Of a DNA stretch of 64,000 nt, positions 25,069 through 37,409 are shown piece by piece. A program made the translations under genes and the position numbers. The DNA comes from Eledone cirrhosa. Its lineage: Eukaryota. The stretch spans positions 176,390,001 through 176,454,000 of the forward strand of contig OZ024741.1 in NCBI GenBank assembly GCA_964016885.1. The letters run 5' to 3'. How positions within the stretch are numbered: the stretch's first letter is position 1; each line of letters starts with the position of its first letter. The notes beneath the pieces are model-generated. The model saw only the letters and a list, made by a program, of their open reading frames with translations, had not been told where the DNA came from and searched no databases.

Positions 25069-26440
25069 GATAAAGAACACAAGAGCGTCTACAACATCAA
25101 AAGATTTGTATTGGCTTACAATGTTTCTTCCTTACGTAACCGTAGGGTTCGCCAGAGCTATAAAAGGGGTTTGATTGGTGTTATGGACTCTACCAACCAA
25201 ACATTCAAGAACAAAGAGTAAAGAGAGTAAAGAGCAAAAACAGGGGACGATAAGTCTAATTTTGGTGCGGGAGGGTGGGGTGTGGGTCCTTGTTTACTAG
25301 CTGTGATCATATTCATTCCCGGGAGTCGAGTGGTTAGTTGAGCCATAGATGGGGTGGCGTCGATAGTAGGGTGCAGAGGGTGTGCAGAGGCTACACACAC
25401 ACGAAGGGCATACAATATATATATATAACGGAGGAGAAAGTACATGAGGTAATTAGAAATGGAAAAAGAGTAATAATAATAATCTATAATTAATAATGTA
25501 TAATAAGGCATGGGGAAGATTACACTATAATAAGGTATAAAAGTAAGAATAAGGTAAAATATAAAGGAGGCTAAAAGTGAAAATAAGAATAAAGATAAAA
25601 ATATATATATAAAAAAATATATATAGAGAATATATAAAGAAATATAAGCAAGTATTAGAAAGGGAAAAACACAATGTAAAAAAAACAATTTTTTCAAATA
25701 AAAATATTATAAATATGGGGGGAGAAAACGGGATAGAGAAATATAATCAAATGTGATTAGTTGAGAGAATATAAGATGATAATAGTTATGTCAAGTTTAT
25801 ACATCTTAATAATAAATAATCTGTATATCATAGTTACACATCCTTCAATTCACTTGCAGGTTCAACCCACGTGGCATAGTCCATTGTTCATCTGTGCGGT
25901 CATGTGCGTTTGTTTTTGACACCACAGCAGATGCACAAGTTCGTAAATTCCAATGCAGATAGAAATCTATTTTTGCTCACCCAGACATTGACGGAGGATC
26001 CAATATTCTTAGTTCAATATGTGTGTGGTGTTATTTTGGTCGCACAAATCAATCACTTGGTTCAATATTATGGAGTATGGTTTTCTGGTCTTCGTAACAG
26101 TATCAGTGGTTATATATCTCGAAATCACAAGGATCACAGTACTCCGGTTTGGTGTGATTATCGGTCATCCAACTATGTTGTCAGTGGTTGGATTCAATTC
26201 TATTGCTCAGAACGTAGAACTTTGGTGTTGATTGAACATTAACGAGGCAGAGTGAGATCGCATCTGTGGTACAAAACGGTACGCAAGGAAATTCTTCGTC
26301 TTCGTTTCATCCGGGTCTAGCAGTCACGTGCAAGAACCGCTACGTAGTAATTGTGAGGGTAATCGGTCAAGATAGTAACTGACCGAAAATTCACCTAGGA
26401 ATTCAGACAGGCATGACAGGTACATTTAGGTCAACAGTTT
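25069..26440 (-). mobile_element. Highly degenerate putative PLE 3' remnant
   Basis: Minus-strand ...TMPRGLN near 25860 resembles a PLE ORF end; hammerhead-like motif at 25114-25158; ends at (TA)n. Confidence 0.35.
25114..25158 (-). ncRNA. Degenerate hammerhead motif
   Basis: GCU-CUGGCGA-A CCCUACG GUUA CGUAAGG AA-GAAAC AUU GUA-AGC; A6 is changed to G. Confidence 0.5.
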
Positions 26441-27249
26441 CTTAATGTGTACGTGTGTCCGATACACACAGACACATATTTATATGTATTTCAACTCAAA
26501 AAATTCAATTGATTCGCTTATTGATATTATATCTCTGTTGCTCCGATGTGCATGTTGTGGTGTTCTGGTCGTGTTTACCATTCACTGTGTTTTTCCATTA
26601 CCTTGGAATGTAATGTTTTGGTCATCAATAGTCCGGCAAGCGCATTCCTCTCTTATATTGTGGAGAATGGTGTTCTGGTCCTCAGTAAACATTTGGGTCA
26701 TCAGGAGGGGCGGTGGTTCTCAGTTTCAACTGCGACAATACATATGTGTTACTCTACATATCGTGCTCCTCTCAAAGAAGAGTATTATAGGAGGAATTCA
26801 TGCCAAACACCACATATAGGGAAGACTTCTACAGAAAAAATATACATACATACACACATATATACATATCATACACACACATATACACATATACACATAC
26901 ATATATATATATACATATCACATATACACATACGCACAATATAATACACATGTATACAATATACATATATATATATATACAATATACATGTATACAATAC
27001 ACATACACATGCATGCACACACGTACACACACATATATACATATGCGTGTGTGTGTGTGTGTGAGAGAAAAGGAGAATACACACTCACACACACACACAC
27101 ACATACACACACGCACACAAACACAAACCTTGTAGGGGACTGTTCCACCCTTAGGCTACCTATCTATCTGGATTATGGGTTGGGGGGGAGCTATAGTCAA
27201 GGAGGGGTATGTCTAGGTGGGGGTTGCGTAATATATGTTACGTCTATGT

Positions 27250-28643
27250 GCTAGGTTTAAAATAGAAGAAGGAACTCAGGATTTTGTGTTGGCAAGAGGA
27301 GAACATTTCCGATTTCCTGTTAAGCACGTTCAGTTTAGAATGTATTATGGCATGGCATTCCAGCAAACACAGGTCACAACTCCCGCTTTTCGGTTGGTAT
27401 GGCGTGGATCTAGTAAGCTTCTTACAAAAGAGTTTGTATGGGGTACTATTATTTTTTAAAAAGGAGATGTATCCCGCCAGTGAGGTGGCATTCTTATGTC
27501 TATCGTGGCTAAATGTGTACATATGCGCGTTAAATCTAGTTTTAAATGTATTGGACGTTGATCCTATATATGTTTTGGTAGAGTTGTGTGTGGTTACGTC
27601 ACATGCATATACGATGTTTTTCATAAGGCAAGCCCCCCTTAGGGGACAATTACTATCCGCCTACAATTACAACTGCGGGTTCGATCAGTTAGCGTACCTC
27701 CCGAACTTTGGTTACTAGCATTATCACTAGGTGCCTCTATATCATTAGATGGCTCAGTGATGCTATTATGTTGACCATTTTCCAGTGTAGTCGGTTGCTG
27801 GTGGTTAACTGCCATTTTAATTGCTTCAAAACCTTCCCTAGTTTTCCTAATGTTCGTGCGTGATAGGTGTTATGCGAGGTTAGGTGTGGTCGAATAGGAT
27901 AATTTAATCACGTTTTTGTTAATTATGTTGCGATATCTATTGCCTGGTGGGAAGTTTTTTTCTAATGATGAGAAGAATACTCTGGGGAGGTTAGTGAGGA
28001 CCTCAGAGTTAAAAGGTGGGTTAAAATACGTGTTTTTCCTTCTTCTATTTGTCTTATCTGTGGGGTGAGTCTCGTTACTGTGCGTACTATTTTGTAGGGT
28101 TCCGTTATTAACGTTAGTGGCGTTGTCTGTTTTGCTTAAGCCCGGATGGTTTATATTCATGGCATGATCATTTGCTGTTTTAGAGTCGTGGTGAGGGTCT
28201 CTAGTATTGTATCTACGTGGTTTACATTTAGCTGGGTTACCGCCATTAGGGTTCTTACTATTATTCTTGCCTCTAAGTTGGTTAGGCTTTGGGGCCATAC
28301 TATGTGTGATTATGTTGGTAGGTTTCACACTCATGGTTTGGAAGTCCTTATGTATATATGATAATCTATTCCCGTAACCAGATTCTGCTAGGGCTTTGTC
28401 ATAATACTCTGCATTGGAGTTGAAGATACTCTAATTACAGGACAGTCTGCTAATTCTATTAGAGTCTCCCCTGGGAATAGCGTTTAGGACTGATTTGGGA
28501 TGGTTGGAGCTGGCGTTTACATATGTTAGTCTATCATTAGGTTTATGGTAGGGTGCAAATATTTTAGTTTCTAGGTCAATGGTGGCGTCTAGGAAGTTTA
28601 CTGTTTTGTCATTTGCATCTATGGTAATACTTAGATTAAAGCT
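27250..28643 (-). pseudogene. 5'-truncated PLE of a third lineage (FNPPF-type linker), with stops and frameshift
   Basis: [77 protein letters not shown]. Confidence 0.9.
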
Positions 28644-28841
28644 AAATATATATATGTATATATGTGTATATATGTGTATATGTGTGTGTATATGTATGTG
28701 TGTGTATGTGTATATATATATGTATATATATATATATATGTATATGTATGTATATGTGTGTATATGTGTGTATGTATATATATATATATGTATGTGTATG
28801 TATATATATTTGTGTGTATGTATGTGTGTATGTATGTGTGT

Positions 28842-28882
<41 letters not shown>

Positions 28883-28948
28883 AGTGTGTATATATATATG
28901 TGTGTATATGTATATATATGTGTATATATCTGTATATGTGTGTATATG

Positions 28949-29034
<86 letters not shown>

Positions 29035-29083
29035 GTATGTGTGTGTATGTATGTATGTGTATATGTGTGTATGTGTGTGTGTG

Positions 29084-29142
<59 letters not shown>

Positions 29143-29144
<2 letters not shown>

Positions 29145-29501
29145 CGACGATGAATTAGTTTAGCGAGGTTTTTTATATGAAATCGTGTGTCGAAACAGAT
29201 ATTGTTATACTTGGGGAGGGTCATATTTGCGTAATATTGCCAGAATTAATAACAAATGTAACATAATAACATTATGTAATAACATTATGTAAATTATCTA
29301 AACTATATATATGTGTTTGTGTCTATATTGTATCTGTATTATTTTTGACCGTCGGTCAGTCAATGGCAACATTGAGGACCGAGTAAGTTAGATCGCAGAT
29401 ATAAAAGACAGCGAGAAGCGAAAACCAACCAAACAGTGAGTGTGTTCTATTATTAATTCTGGCAATATTACGAAAATATGATCCTCCCCAAGTATAACAA
29501 T
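29143..29501 (-). mobile_element. Miniature fold-back of the 9589-14011 PLE family
   Basis: Tail gcgacgatgaattagttt... plus about 110 nt, then an inverted pLTR ending at aagtataacaata-(TA)n. Confidence 0.85.
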
Positions 29502-29639
29502 ATATATATATATATATATATATTTATGTGTATGTGTATATGTGTATACAATATATATATATATATATATGTGTGTATGTATATATGTATATGTGTGTAT
29601 ATATGTATATATATGTATATGTATGTGTATATGCATTTG

Positions 29640-29718
<79 letters not shown>

Positions 29719-29738
29719 ACGTATATATATATATATAT

Positions 29739-30423
29739 GTAAATGGAAAAAATTAAACGAAATTTCATTTCTCACTCTTAGTACAGCTGTTACTTAAATA
29801 TAAGTATGTATACGTACATACATATATGTATACAGACGTACAGTAGTATGTATACATATATATATATACATACATGCACACATATATATATATATGTACG
29901 TATGGATTCACAGAACATTCATTATAATGCTCGGTGTATTTGTAAACAAACATCCTGAATTAAGTCGTACAGTGTCTAGCAACCATCGTTGCTCATTTGT
30001 TCAATACTGACAAAGGAACGCTGTACTAGTTTCAAGCTTATTAGCTATCGTCAGCAACGTATACCTTCCTGCCAGAAGATTGAACGTCTGAAAGTATATA
30101 CTTTCCTTATGCATATAAACGGCTGAGCAGCCTAATCTGCATATCGAGTGAGTTAATCGGCCGGGATACCGAAAACGATAAACGGAAAAAATGAAACGAC
30201 ATTTCATTTCTCACTCTTAGTACGGCTGTTAATTAAATATAAGTCTGTATACGTACATACATATATGTAGACAGACGTACAGTAGTATGTATACATATAT
30301 ATACATATATGCACACATATATATATATATATGTACGTATGGATTCACCGAACATTTATTATAATGCGCGGTGTGTTTGTAAACAAACATCCCGAATTAT
30401 GCCGTATCGTGTCTAGCAACCAT
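29739..30423 (-). mobile_element. Family A HHR element, ~1.55 tandem units (period about 440 nt)
   Basis: Direct repeat aaa(t/c)ggaaaaa...atttcatttctcactcttagtac at 29741 and about 30180. Confidence 0.85.
30019..30059 (-). ncRNA. Minimal type I hammerhead ribozyme (family A)
   Basis: CGUUG-CUGACGA-UAGCU AAUA AGCUU-GAAA CUAG UA-CAGCG. Confidence 0.85.
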
Positions 30424-30439
30424 TTCGTGTAATTTCGTG

Positions 30440-31110
30440 TAACCAAATCAAAATATAGGCATGTGGTAATCCTCGTTTTTGCCATTCAATTGTGTACATG
30501 TCACATATGACTGGTCCAAAAACTTCACCTTTTTTAGGAAATACGTCAGCTTTATGACTTTAAGTCTGAACATATCATGGCGATACTTGGGTTGTTGAAA
30601 GGTGCAACTCTTGAAATATCAATCAATTTCTCTGTAGAATAATCATGTTTAGGATCATAGTTGAAAGGTCATCTTTTCTAAGTCGTCTTGAAAGGTGCAA
30701 CTCTTTTGTCAAACGTATTGAGCTTATTTTGATTAAGACGCTTACGCATTTCCTCTGAGGATTGGCGAAGTCTTTCAGCAACTGTTTGCTCTTGGTTTGT
30801 TCTTCGTCTACCCTCTATTGTCACATTGGCAATTCTGGCAGCTTGTATTTGTGTTGCCTAAATTAAACGTTTTTCTCTTTCCTTGTGTTACTCTTGGCTC
30901 CTTTGGATTGCATTTTATTCACGTAATTCTTCTGATAGTTTTTCCTTTGCTTCTTGTGACTCATTGGCCCTGTGTGCAGCAGCTTTCCTCCAGTCATTTT
31001 CATGCCTTTTCTGCCGTTGTTCAGGGGTCTCTACTGACTTTGCTCTGGCTACATGTACTCGTCTTTGCTTCACTCTTCACTGTGGAATACTGATCATCTA
31101 CATCTATCCG
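30440..31110 (-). pseudogene. Internally deleted Helitron RepHel fragment
   Basis: N-terminal ETPEQRQKR-type repeats, F.YDP..DYS, and Rep motif 2 YTIEWQKRGLPHAYILIW. Confidence 0.8.
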
Positions 31111-32149
31111 TCTCCCCTTGTAGAGAGTGGGAACATATATCTCGGTAATATTTTGAAAATTAAAATGAGGATCAAATAGAAAAATGAGTGAATGTTACGT
31201 GAGTATCTTCACACGAGTGATTGAAATAAATGACGATTGTGGAACGCCACACACACACGTACACACACACACACGCACGCATATACGCATGCAGATACAC
31301 TCACTTACACACACTCACACATGTTGATAGTTTATACTTTCTGTGGAACGCCACACATCAACATTAACTCACTTTTATTACAGCCATATATATGTCAACA
31401 ATCTACCTAGCTCTTCACATCTCTCTAGGAACCATCAACATTTCTTTCCTTTGTTCTTTTCCCATAAATCTTGTATAGTACATTAGATTATCTATGTTAA
31501 AAGTTGCACGGGCAGTGTGTTACCTGACACGAAATATACTTCTCTAATTGTAGCCATTCGCATTTCTTCTAATGAGCTACAAACGAAATCTATTGCCTAT
31601 TTTCAGATTTGCTTACCACCATTTTAACTTGCACAACGAATTACTGTACGCATGCCTGTATATGTGTATATATTTTTTTAGTTCAAACGTTATGTATCTA
31701 GTATATTTACCAATATAAACATCCATGATGTATTTGTGTATGGACATAATTTAATATATAATCATGATTCGCCCATTTGATTCCACTTTATCCCGAATCT
31801 CTCTGATGATATGCAGAATGTAACTACGCACTGCAAGATCGTGGCTAAAGTAATAATCTTGATTTCTTAAGTGATTGCATAACTGTATTAAAACTCGTAC
31901 CATGTTCAATGATGCATCTGGTATCGAAATATCTATGTTATATAACTCCATGGACCCTGTCTAGCACAACTAATTGGTAAGTTGTCTCTTCCCTTTTCGT
32001 TATGCATATCCACTTTATATAACCGTAAATTAGCCTACGCAAAACTGATACTTCAATTTTCTGTGTGAATGTATGCATATGAAAAGTTTGCCAAATGAAC
32101 TAATATTTTCCGTTGACCACAATACGTTGAATCAACGGTTCTAATAAAT

Positions 32150-32260
32150 AAACATTTGAGGATATCTTTGACGCCACTGAAAGAAGAAACATTTGAAATT
32201 TCCGGATCAAAGAGACTCTTCTTATCAACAGGTGCAAGCCTAGTGTTAACAACATATCCA
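32150..32260 (+). pseudogene. Possible decayed GIY-YIG C-terminus
   Basis: ...FRIKETLLINRCKPSVN resembles the L.IKEAL.I...P.LN end of PLE endonucleases. Confidence 0.3.
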
Positions 32261-32363
32261 AACAAAATACAGCCAACATGATATTGCGAAAGGTCAGCAT
32301 TTTTAATCTTACCCATAATGGTGATTCAAACAGCAAACGATACCTTGTTAGAACTGGACGCAG

Positions 32364-32394
<31 letters not shown>

Positions 32395-32397
<3 letters not shown>

Positions 32398-34198
32398 CGT
32401 TTCTGAATTTGTTTAGCAAGATTCTTTGTCTGAAATCGTGTGTTGAAACCGATGACCTGAAGAAAATGATTGCACATGCGGTAGGGGCCAGGATAAAACT
32501 AACCCTTAAGGAACATATGTTCAAATTTAATGGAAAAACATATGCCCAAGAGGAAGGAGCAGACATTGGTGTTAGCATTGCAGGCGACATAGCTAACTTA
32601 TTCATGGTATGGTGGGACAGTAGACTTAAACTTAAGCTTAAAGAACAATTAGAAGACCCCTTAACCCTGATAATGTACTCCCGCTACGTTGATGATATAA
32701 ACATCGTAGTTAAGACACCCCCACTAGAGAACAGTCAGGAACTAGAGAAAAACACAATGGAAAGCATCCAGCAAATAGCTAACTCCATCCAACAGAGCAT
32801 TAGAGTTACTATAGACTACCCAAGTAAACACCCCAACCATCGATTACCTGTACTAGACACAGAGCTCTGGTTAGATACCATTAATAACAAAAAACAAATC
32901 CTCCATTCCCATTATGCCAAACCCATGACTTCCAAACATCTGATCCACCGAAACTCGGCCGTTTCGGACCATACCAAAATCAACATTTTGATTTAGGATT
33001 TGGTACGGGTGAGGAGAAACGTGTCCCGCATGTGCAACCCCGAAGAACTAGAGAGACACATACAACACTTCATCCACCGTATGCAGTTCTCTGGCTACAA
33101 TCAGAGAGATAAAATCAGAGTATATAGAGGAGCCAGAACCAAATGGGAAAAAATGGTAAATAATGACATAAATGGGACCTGCCCCTTGTATAGGAGCACA
33201 TTTTGGAATAGAATAGAAAGAACTAGGAACAAGGCTAATAGAATAAACTCATGGTATGATAGCAATAAATACCAGAGTGTAATGTTCATCGATACAACCC
33301 CTAGAGGTGAATTAGCTTACAAATTTAGAAGGGCCCTAAATAAACATAAACTCAATATTAAGATAGTAGAAAAACCAGGTACCTCCGTAAAAACACTTAT
33401 TAGCAAGACATACCCTTTTCAAAGACCCTCAGGTATAGATAAGAAATGTATAACCTGTAAAATAAGCCCCATATTAACTGTAAAACTAGAAAAGTCGTGT
33501 ATAGCATGAGATGTACTGAAGGACAATGTAGAGACAAAAATATAGTGTACATAGGTGAGACAGCTCGTAATGTAGGGGAACGGATAAATGAACACTGGCG
33601 AGACCTTCAAGATAGTAAAGAATCATCTCTAATCTACCAACATGCTAAAATAGAACACAAGGGTAAATTAGAGAACATAGAAATAAAAATAGAATCTACA
33701 CACAGAAAAGACGCAATGTTTAGACAAATTACAGAGGCAATAAACATAAAAGAATTACAACCAAAATTAAATAGAAAATATGAGTGGAACAGCAACATCA
33801 CAACTTACAATTAAGGACAACATGAAAACACACACACACATAGAACAAACAACCAACCAGTAACATGTAAATAAACAAATAAATAAATCAACGTAAACAC
33901 ACACAGACACCCGGATGTGGCGCATGCGCAGACTGAGCACACAACACACACACAGAAACAAAATGGCGTAGGACAGAACAAAGGAGAGGCACAGAAACAA
34001 AGAAAGGAATCCCCAGTCACTGAAGAGGTCACATAGTGTGTGACGAAAGAACTATGACAATATATAAACAACTATCTGGTTGTGGAACCAACCAACCAAC
34101 CAGAAATTCCTAAATTTAAAAATTTAATTGATAATAAATTCAAGTGAAAGCAACTGGTGCGTGTGTTTCTTATTGGCAACATGACCCTCCTAAAGTAT

Positions 34199-34205
<7 letters not shown>
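32395..34205 (+). mobile_element. PLE sister subfamily: inverted tail only + 1.75-kb arm; pseudogenised RT/GIY-YIG
   Basis: 32395-32452 is the inverted tail; then DDLKKMIAHAVG...RYVDD...YIGETARN; stop at about 32994, frameshift near 33480; ends at aagtataacaata-(TA)n. Confidence 0.92.
34015..34058 (+). ncRNA. Minimal type I hammerhead ribozyme
   Basis: agtca CTGAAGA g gtcaca tagtg tgtgac GAAA gaac TA tgac. Confidence 0.75.
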
Positions 34206-34237
<32 letters not shown>

Positions 34238-34917
34238 ATAGACGGTTTTAGCTGTCCTTTTATTATCTAATTTCATTACACATATTTCAAAGATCCAAGG
34301 GTGGTTATATAGTAACCCCCTAGCATATTTTCATCAGATGGATTCCTATCCATTGATATGTTAGTGGTTTAATGTGGTATTAACATAGTTGTCCAGTACC
34401 CTTATGAATAGTTTTGCTATCAGAGCAGTTCTATTTGGAGTGATTTCTAAAACTTTCCGCAGAATATATAGTTAACGCTTCCATAAATAGTATAATATAG
34501 ACGATGAATAAATTAATAAACCATACATAAATACATAGCTACACTGTAACCTAATCATCCAAGCTAGGATAGAATTATAAGTACGTAGAAGTCAAGTAAT
34601 TAAAAAAAATAATAATAATGCTTTCAAATCATTCTGAGAAATAAATGATCCCTCTGGTAATTTGATACCACAGCTTTCTTACAGTCATTATTGCCAGCGA
34701 CAGTACTGTCTCTTACTCCAAATAGAACTGATATGATAGCAAAATTATTTATATGAGTACTGGACCACGTTAAACCTGTGTCACATCAATGGATAGGAAA
34801 ATACATCTCACTCAATCGGATGAAAACCAGCTAGAGGGTTATTATATAAACACTCTTGCATTTTTGAAATACGTATAATGGAATTAGTTAATAAAAAGAT
34901 ATACGAATAAACAGTCT
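34238..34917. mobile_element. Old fold-back element (diverged ~200-bp inverted arms)
   Basis: ttcctatccattgat/atcaatggataggaa, gtccagtac/gtactggac and cagttctatttggag/ctccaaatagaactg pair across a spacer. Confidence 0.6.
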
Positions 34918-35125
34918 CTCCTATTTAATATAATAAAACTACCATTGATACCTTACAGAAAAAATCCCAAGGAATACAAATTGTTGAGTGCTTTAACTCC
35001 GTTTCAGAAAAATCCGATTATTAGATCAACCAACTTTCATCAACTGAATAATATATGCAATACAGAAATAACAAAGTAGAACGGAAAATTATATCAGATT
35101 TACAATTGTTAAAGTAGGAAACGTG

Positions 35126-35160
35126 ACTTAACATTTCGGACGCTAGTCTTTCATCAGAAA
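35126..35160 (-). ncRNA. Orphan decayed hammerhead motif
   Basis: CUGAUGA-A-AGAC UAGC GUCC-GAAA UGU UA; weak stem I. Confidence 0.4.
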
Positions 35161-35296
35161 ATAGTATAAGAAATTAAATCAGAAATAGAAAAACAGATGT
35201 CTCTCTCTATCTTTCTCCCTGCTACCTCTCTCTGTCTCTCTCTGTCTCTCTATCACTCTCTCTCTCTCTCTCTGTCTCTCTCACTCACTCACTCAC

Positions 35297-35347
<51 letters not shown>

Positions 35348-35782
35348 ATATGTATATATATATACAGAGACAGAGAGAGAGAGATATGTTAGTGGTTACG
35401 AAATACTAATACTCCAGGTTGCATTTGAAAAATGTTCGAGTGTATGCTTAAGAGTATATTTGTATATGCTCTCTTGTATGAATACACATGTCTATATAGA
35501 CATTCACACGCATCCAGAGGTATAAAAGTGTGGGTGGGTGCATGTACCTATATGTCTGTACTAAGGGATTCGCCTAAGCTTCAAAGCCCCCAAGCTATTG
35601 CTGTGAAGATATATATCACATTCTACTTTTCTCTAGTCTAAACAATAACGTTTCCAAACACCCACTTTACTTTTCTTTTAAAATAACACCCACCTCCTTT
35701 TATGTCTGCCTTATAATTAGATTTGGGAGCCTCTGTTAAATATATTTATGCACTTGTGCGTACATACATATATAAATACACC

Positions 35783-36080
35783 TGTATGGATGTGTGTGTG
35801 TGTGTCTATGGGTGTAGGTGTGAGTGTATGTACAAGTCAACCAACATAAGTCTTTTTATTTGTAAACTTTCTAGGTATTTGACTCTAACCATTATTTTCA
35901 GTATTACCACCCCACATAAATTCCTCAATTTGTATGTGTAGATGTGTGTGTGTGTCTGTGGGGATGGGTGTGAGTGTATGTGCAAGTCAACCAACTTAAG
36001 TCTTTTTATATGTAAACTTTCTAGTATTTGACTCTAATCATAATTTTCAGTAGTACCACCTCACATACATTCCTCAAATT
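35783..36080. repeat. Tandem duplication, unit about 155 bp
   Basis: tgtgagtgtatgt..aagtcaaccaac..aagtctttt...ttttcagta.taccacc..cata.attcctcaa occurs twice. Confidence 0.85.
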
Positions 36081-36170
36081 AAGAATGACCTGTAGTATTG
36101 AATTTCATACTATAAACCTCAATTGAATATATATCTGACCAGGAATGCTTTTTGTGAAAATCAGTCATAT

Positions 36171-36232
36171 TGTCATTCTATTCCGTTTACCAATATATAA
36201 CAACTTGTGTGTTACACCTATATTCTATTAAC
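36171..36232 (+). mobile_element. Tiny 3'-terminal fragment of the adjacent Neptune-like family, tail-to-tail across (TA)n
   Basis: Reverse complement of 36305-36370. Confidence 0.75.
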
Positions 36233-36254
36233 TATATATATATATACATATACT

Positions 36255-36308
<54 letters not shown>

Positions 36309-36464
36309 AAATAATAGAGGTGTAACACACAAGTTATTATATATTGGTAAACGGAATAGAAAATGCTGACAAATTGTTCACAGTTGAAAAATGGTTTAAT
36401 TAGGAATAAAAGAGTATTAGTGATTGTATGGGTTAGTATTCAGTTGTGGTTTTAAGTTTTTAAG

Positions 36465-36503
36465 TTTTTACCGGTTGCGCATTTCTAAATGCTTTTCAAA
36501 TAT
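36465..36503 (-). ncRNA. Hammerhead-like motif, U3-A8 core with GCAA replacing GAAA
   Basis: UUGAAAA-GCAUUU AG AAAUGC-GCAA CCGG UA. Confidence 0.55.
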
Positions 36504-36828
36504 AATTTTGAGATAGAGTGTCCGTGTTGTTTGCTCTGATCTGATTAGTTTTGGGAATTCTTCCTGTTTTTATGTTAAACAAGTGGCTCCAGCGTTACTT
36601 TGGTGTTGCAAAAATGCTTGTGGTCAAAACAATTTTGATTGGTCGGTAGAGGTTATGTGAATGTTACAAGTTGATTTTTCGCCAAGACTGTTTTTATGTT
36701 AAAAAAGTGGCTCCAGCAAAAATTCTTGGTCAAAACAATTTTGATTGGTCGGTAGAGGTCATGTGGATAAAAAATTGGTTTTGCGTCGAGATTGAGAAAT
36801 GACTCTTTCACAACAAATATGTGTGTGT

Positions 36829-36886
<58 letters not shown>

Positions 36887-37053
36887 CAGAGTAATTCGAT
36901 GGTCAGTAAGTATGTGTCTGAAAGCAATGGGGGGTATTTTAGCATGTCAAAAGATATTTTTCAACTTTTGTCTTATACGGAGAAGTGCGTGTGTGTGTGT
37001 GTGTGTGTATAAGTCTCTTTGTATGTTGATGTACGCGTGTGTATGTGTTTGTG

Positions 37054-37087
<34 letters not shown>

Positions 37088-37409
37088 GGTGGACCAGTAT
37101 GTTTTTTCCCCCTTGTAAAATGGTGTACATTATTCGATTTTTTCAGTAAAATCGGTTCTCTTAATAGAACATAAAAAATCTTAACAATAAAAGGTGTGAA
37201 ATGATATTCACTATATATATATACACATACATATATTCACTACATATATATATATATACATATATACATACATATATATGCACATATATTTTTTTGTATT
37301 GCACCATAGAGCATGTGTGTTTACGTGTGTCATTGTGTTTATATGTGGGTAGAGATGTGTGCTGATGTAGGTATGTATGTTGACGTATGTATGTTGTGGG
37401 TTCGTCTTA

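Noticed and set aside
26560-26710. CUGAUGA/UUGAUGA on the minus strand as the HHR of the 27250 PLE
   Set aside because: Could not place stem II, GAAA and NUH consistently.
27624-27870. Selenocysteine recoding (reported for some PLE clades)
   Set aside because: The conserved cysteines are TGT/TGC, and the breaks are TAA/TAG or frameshifts.
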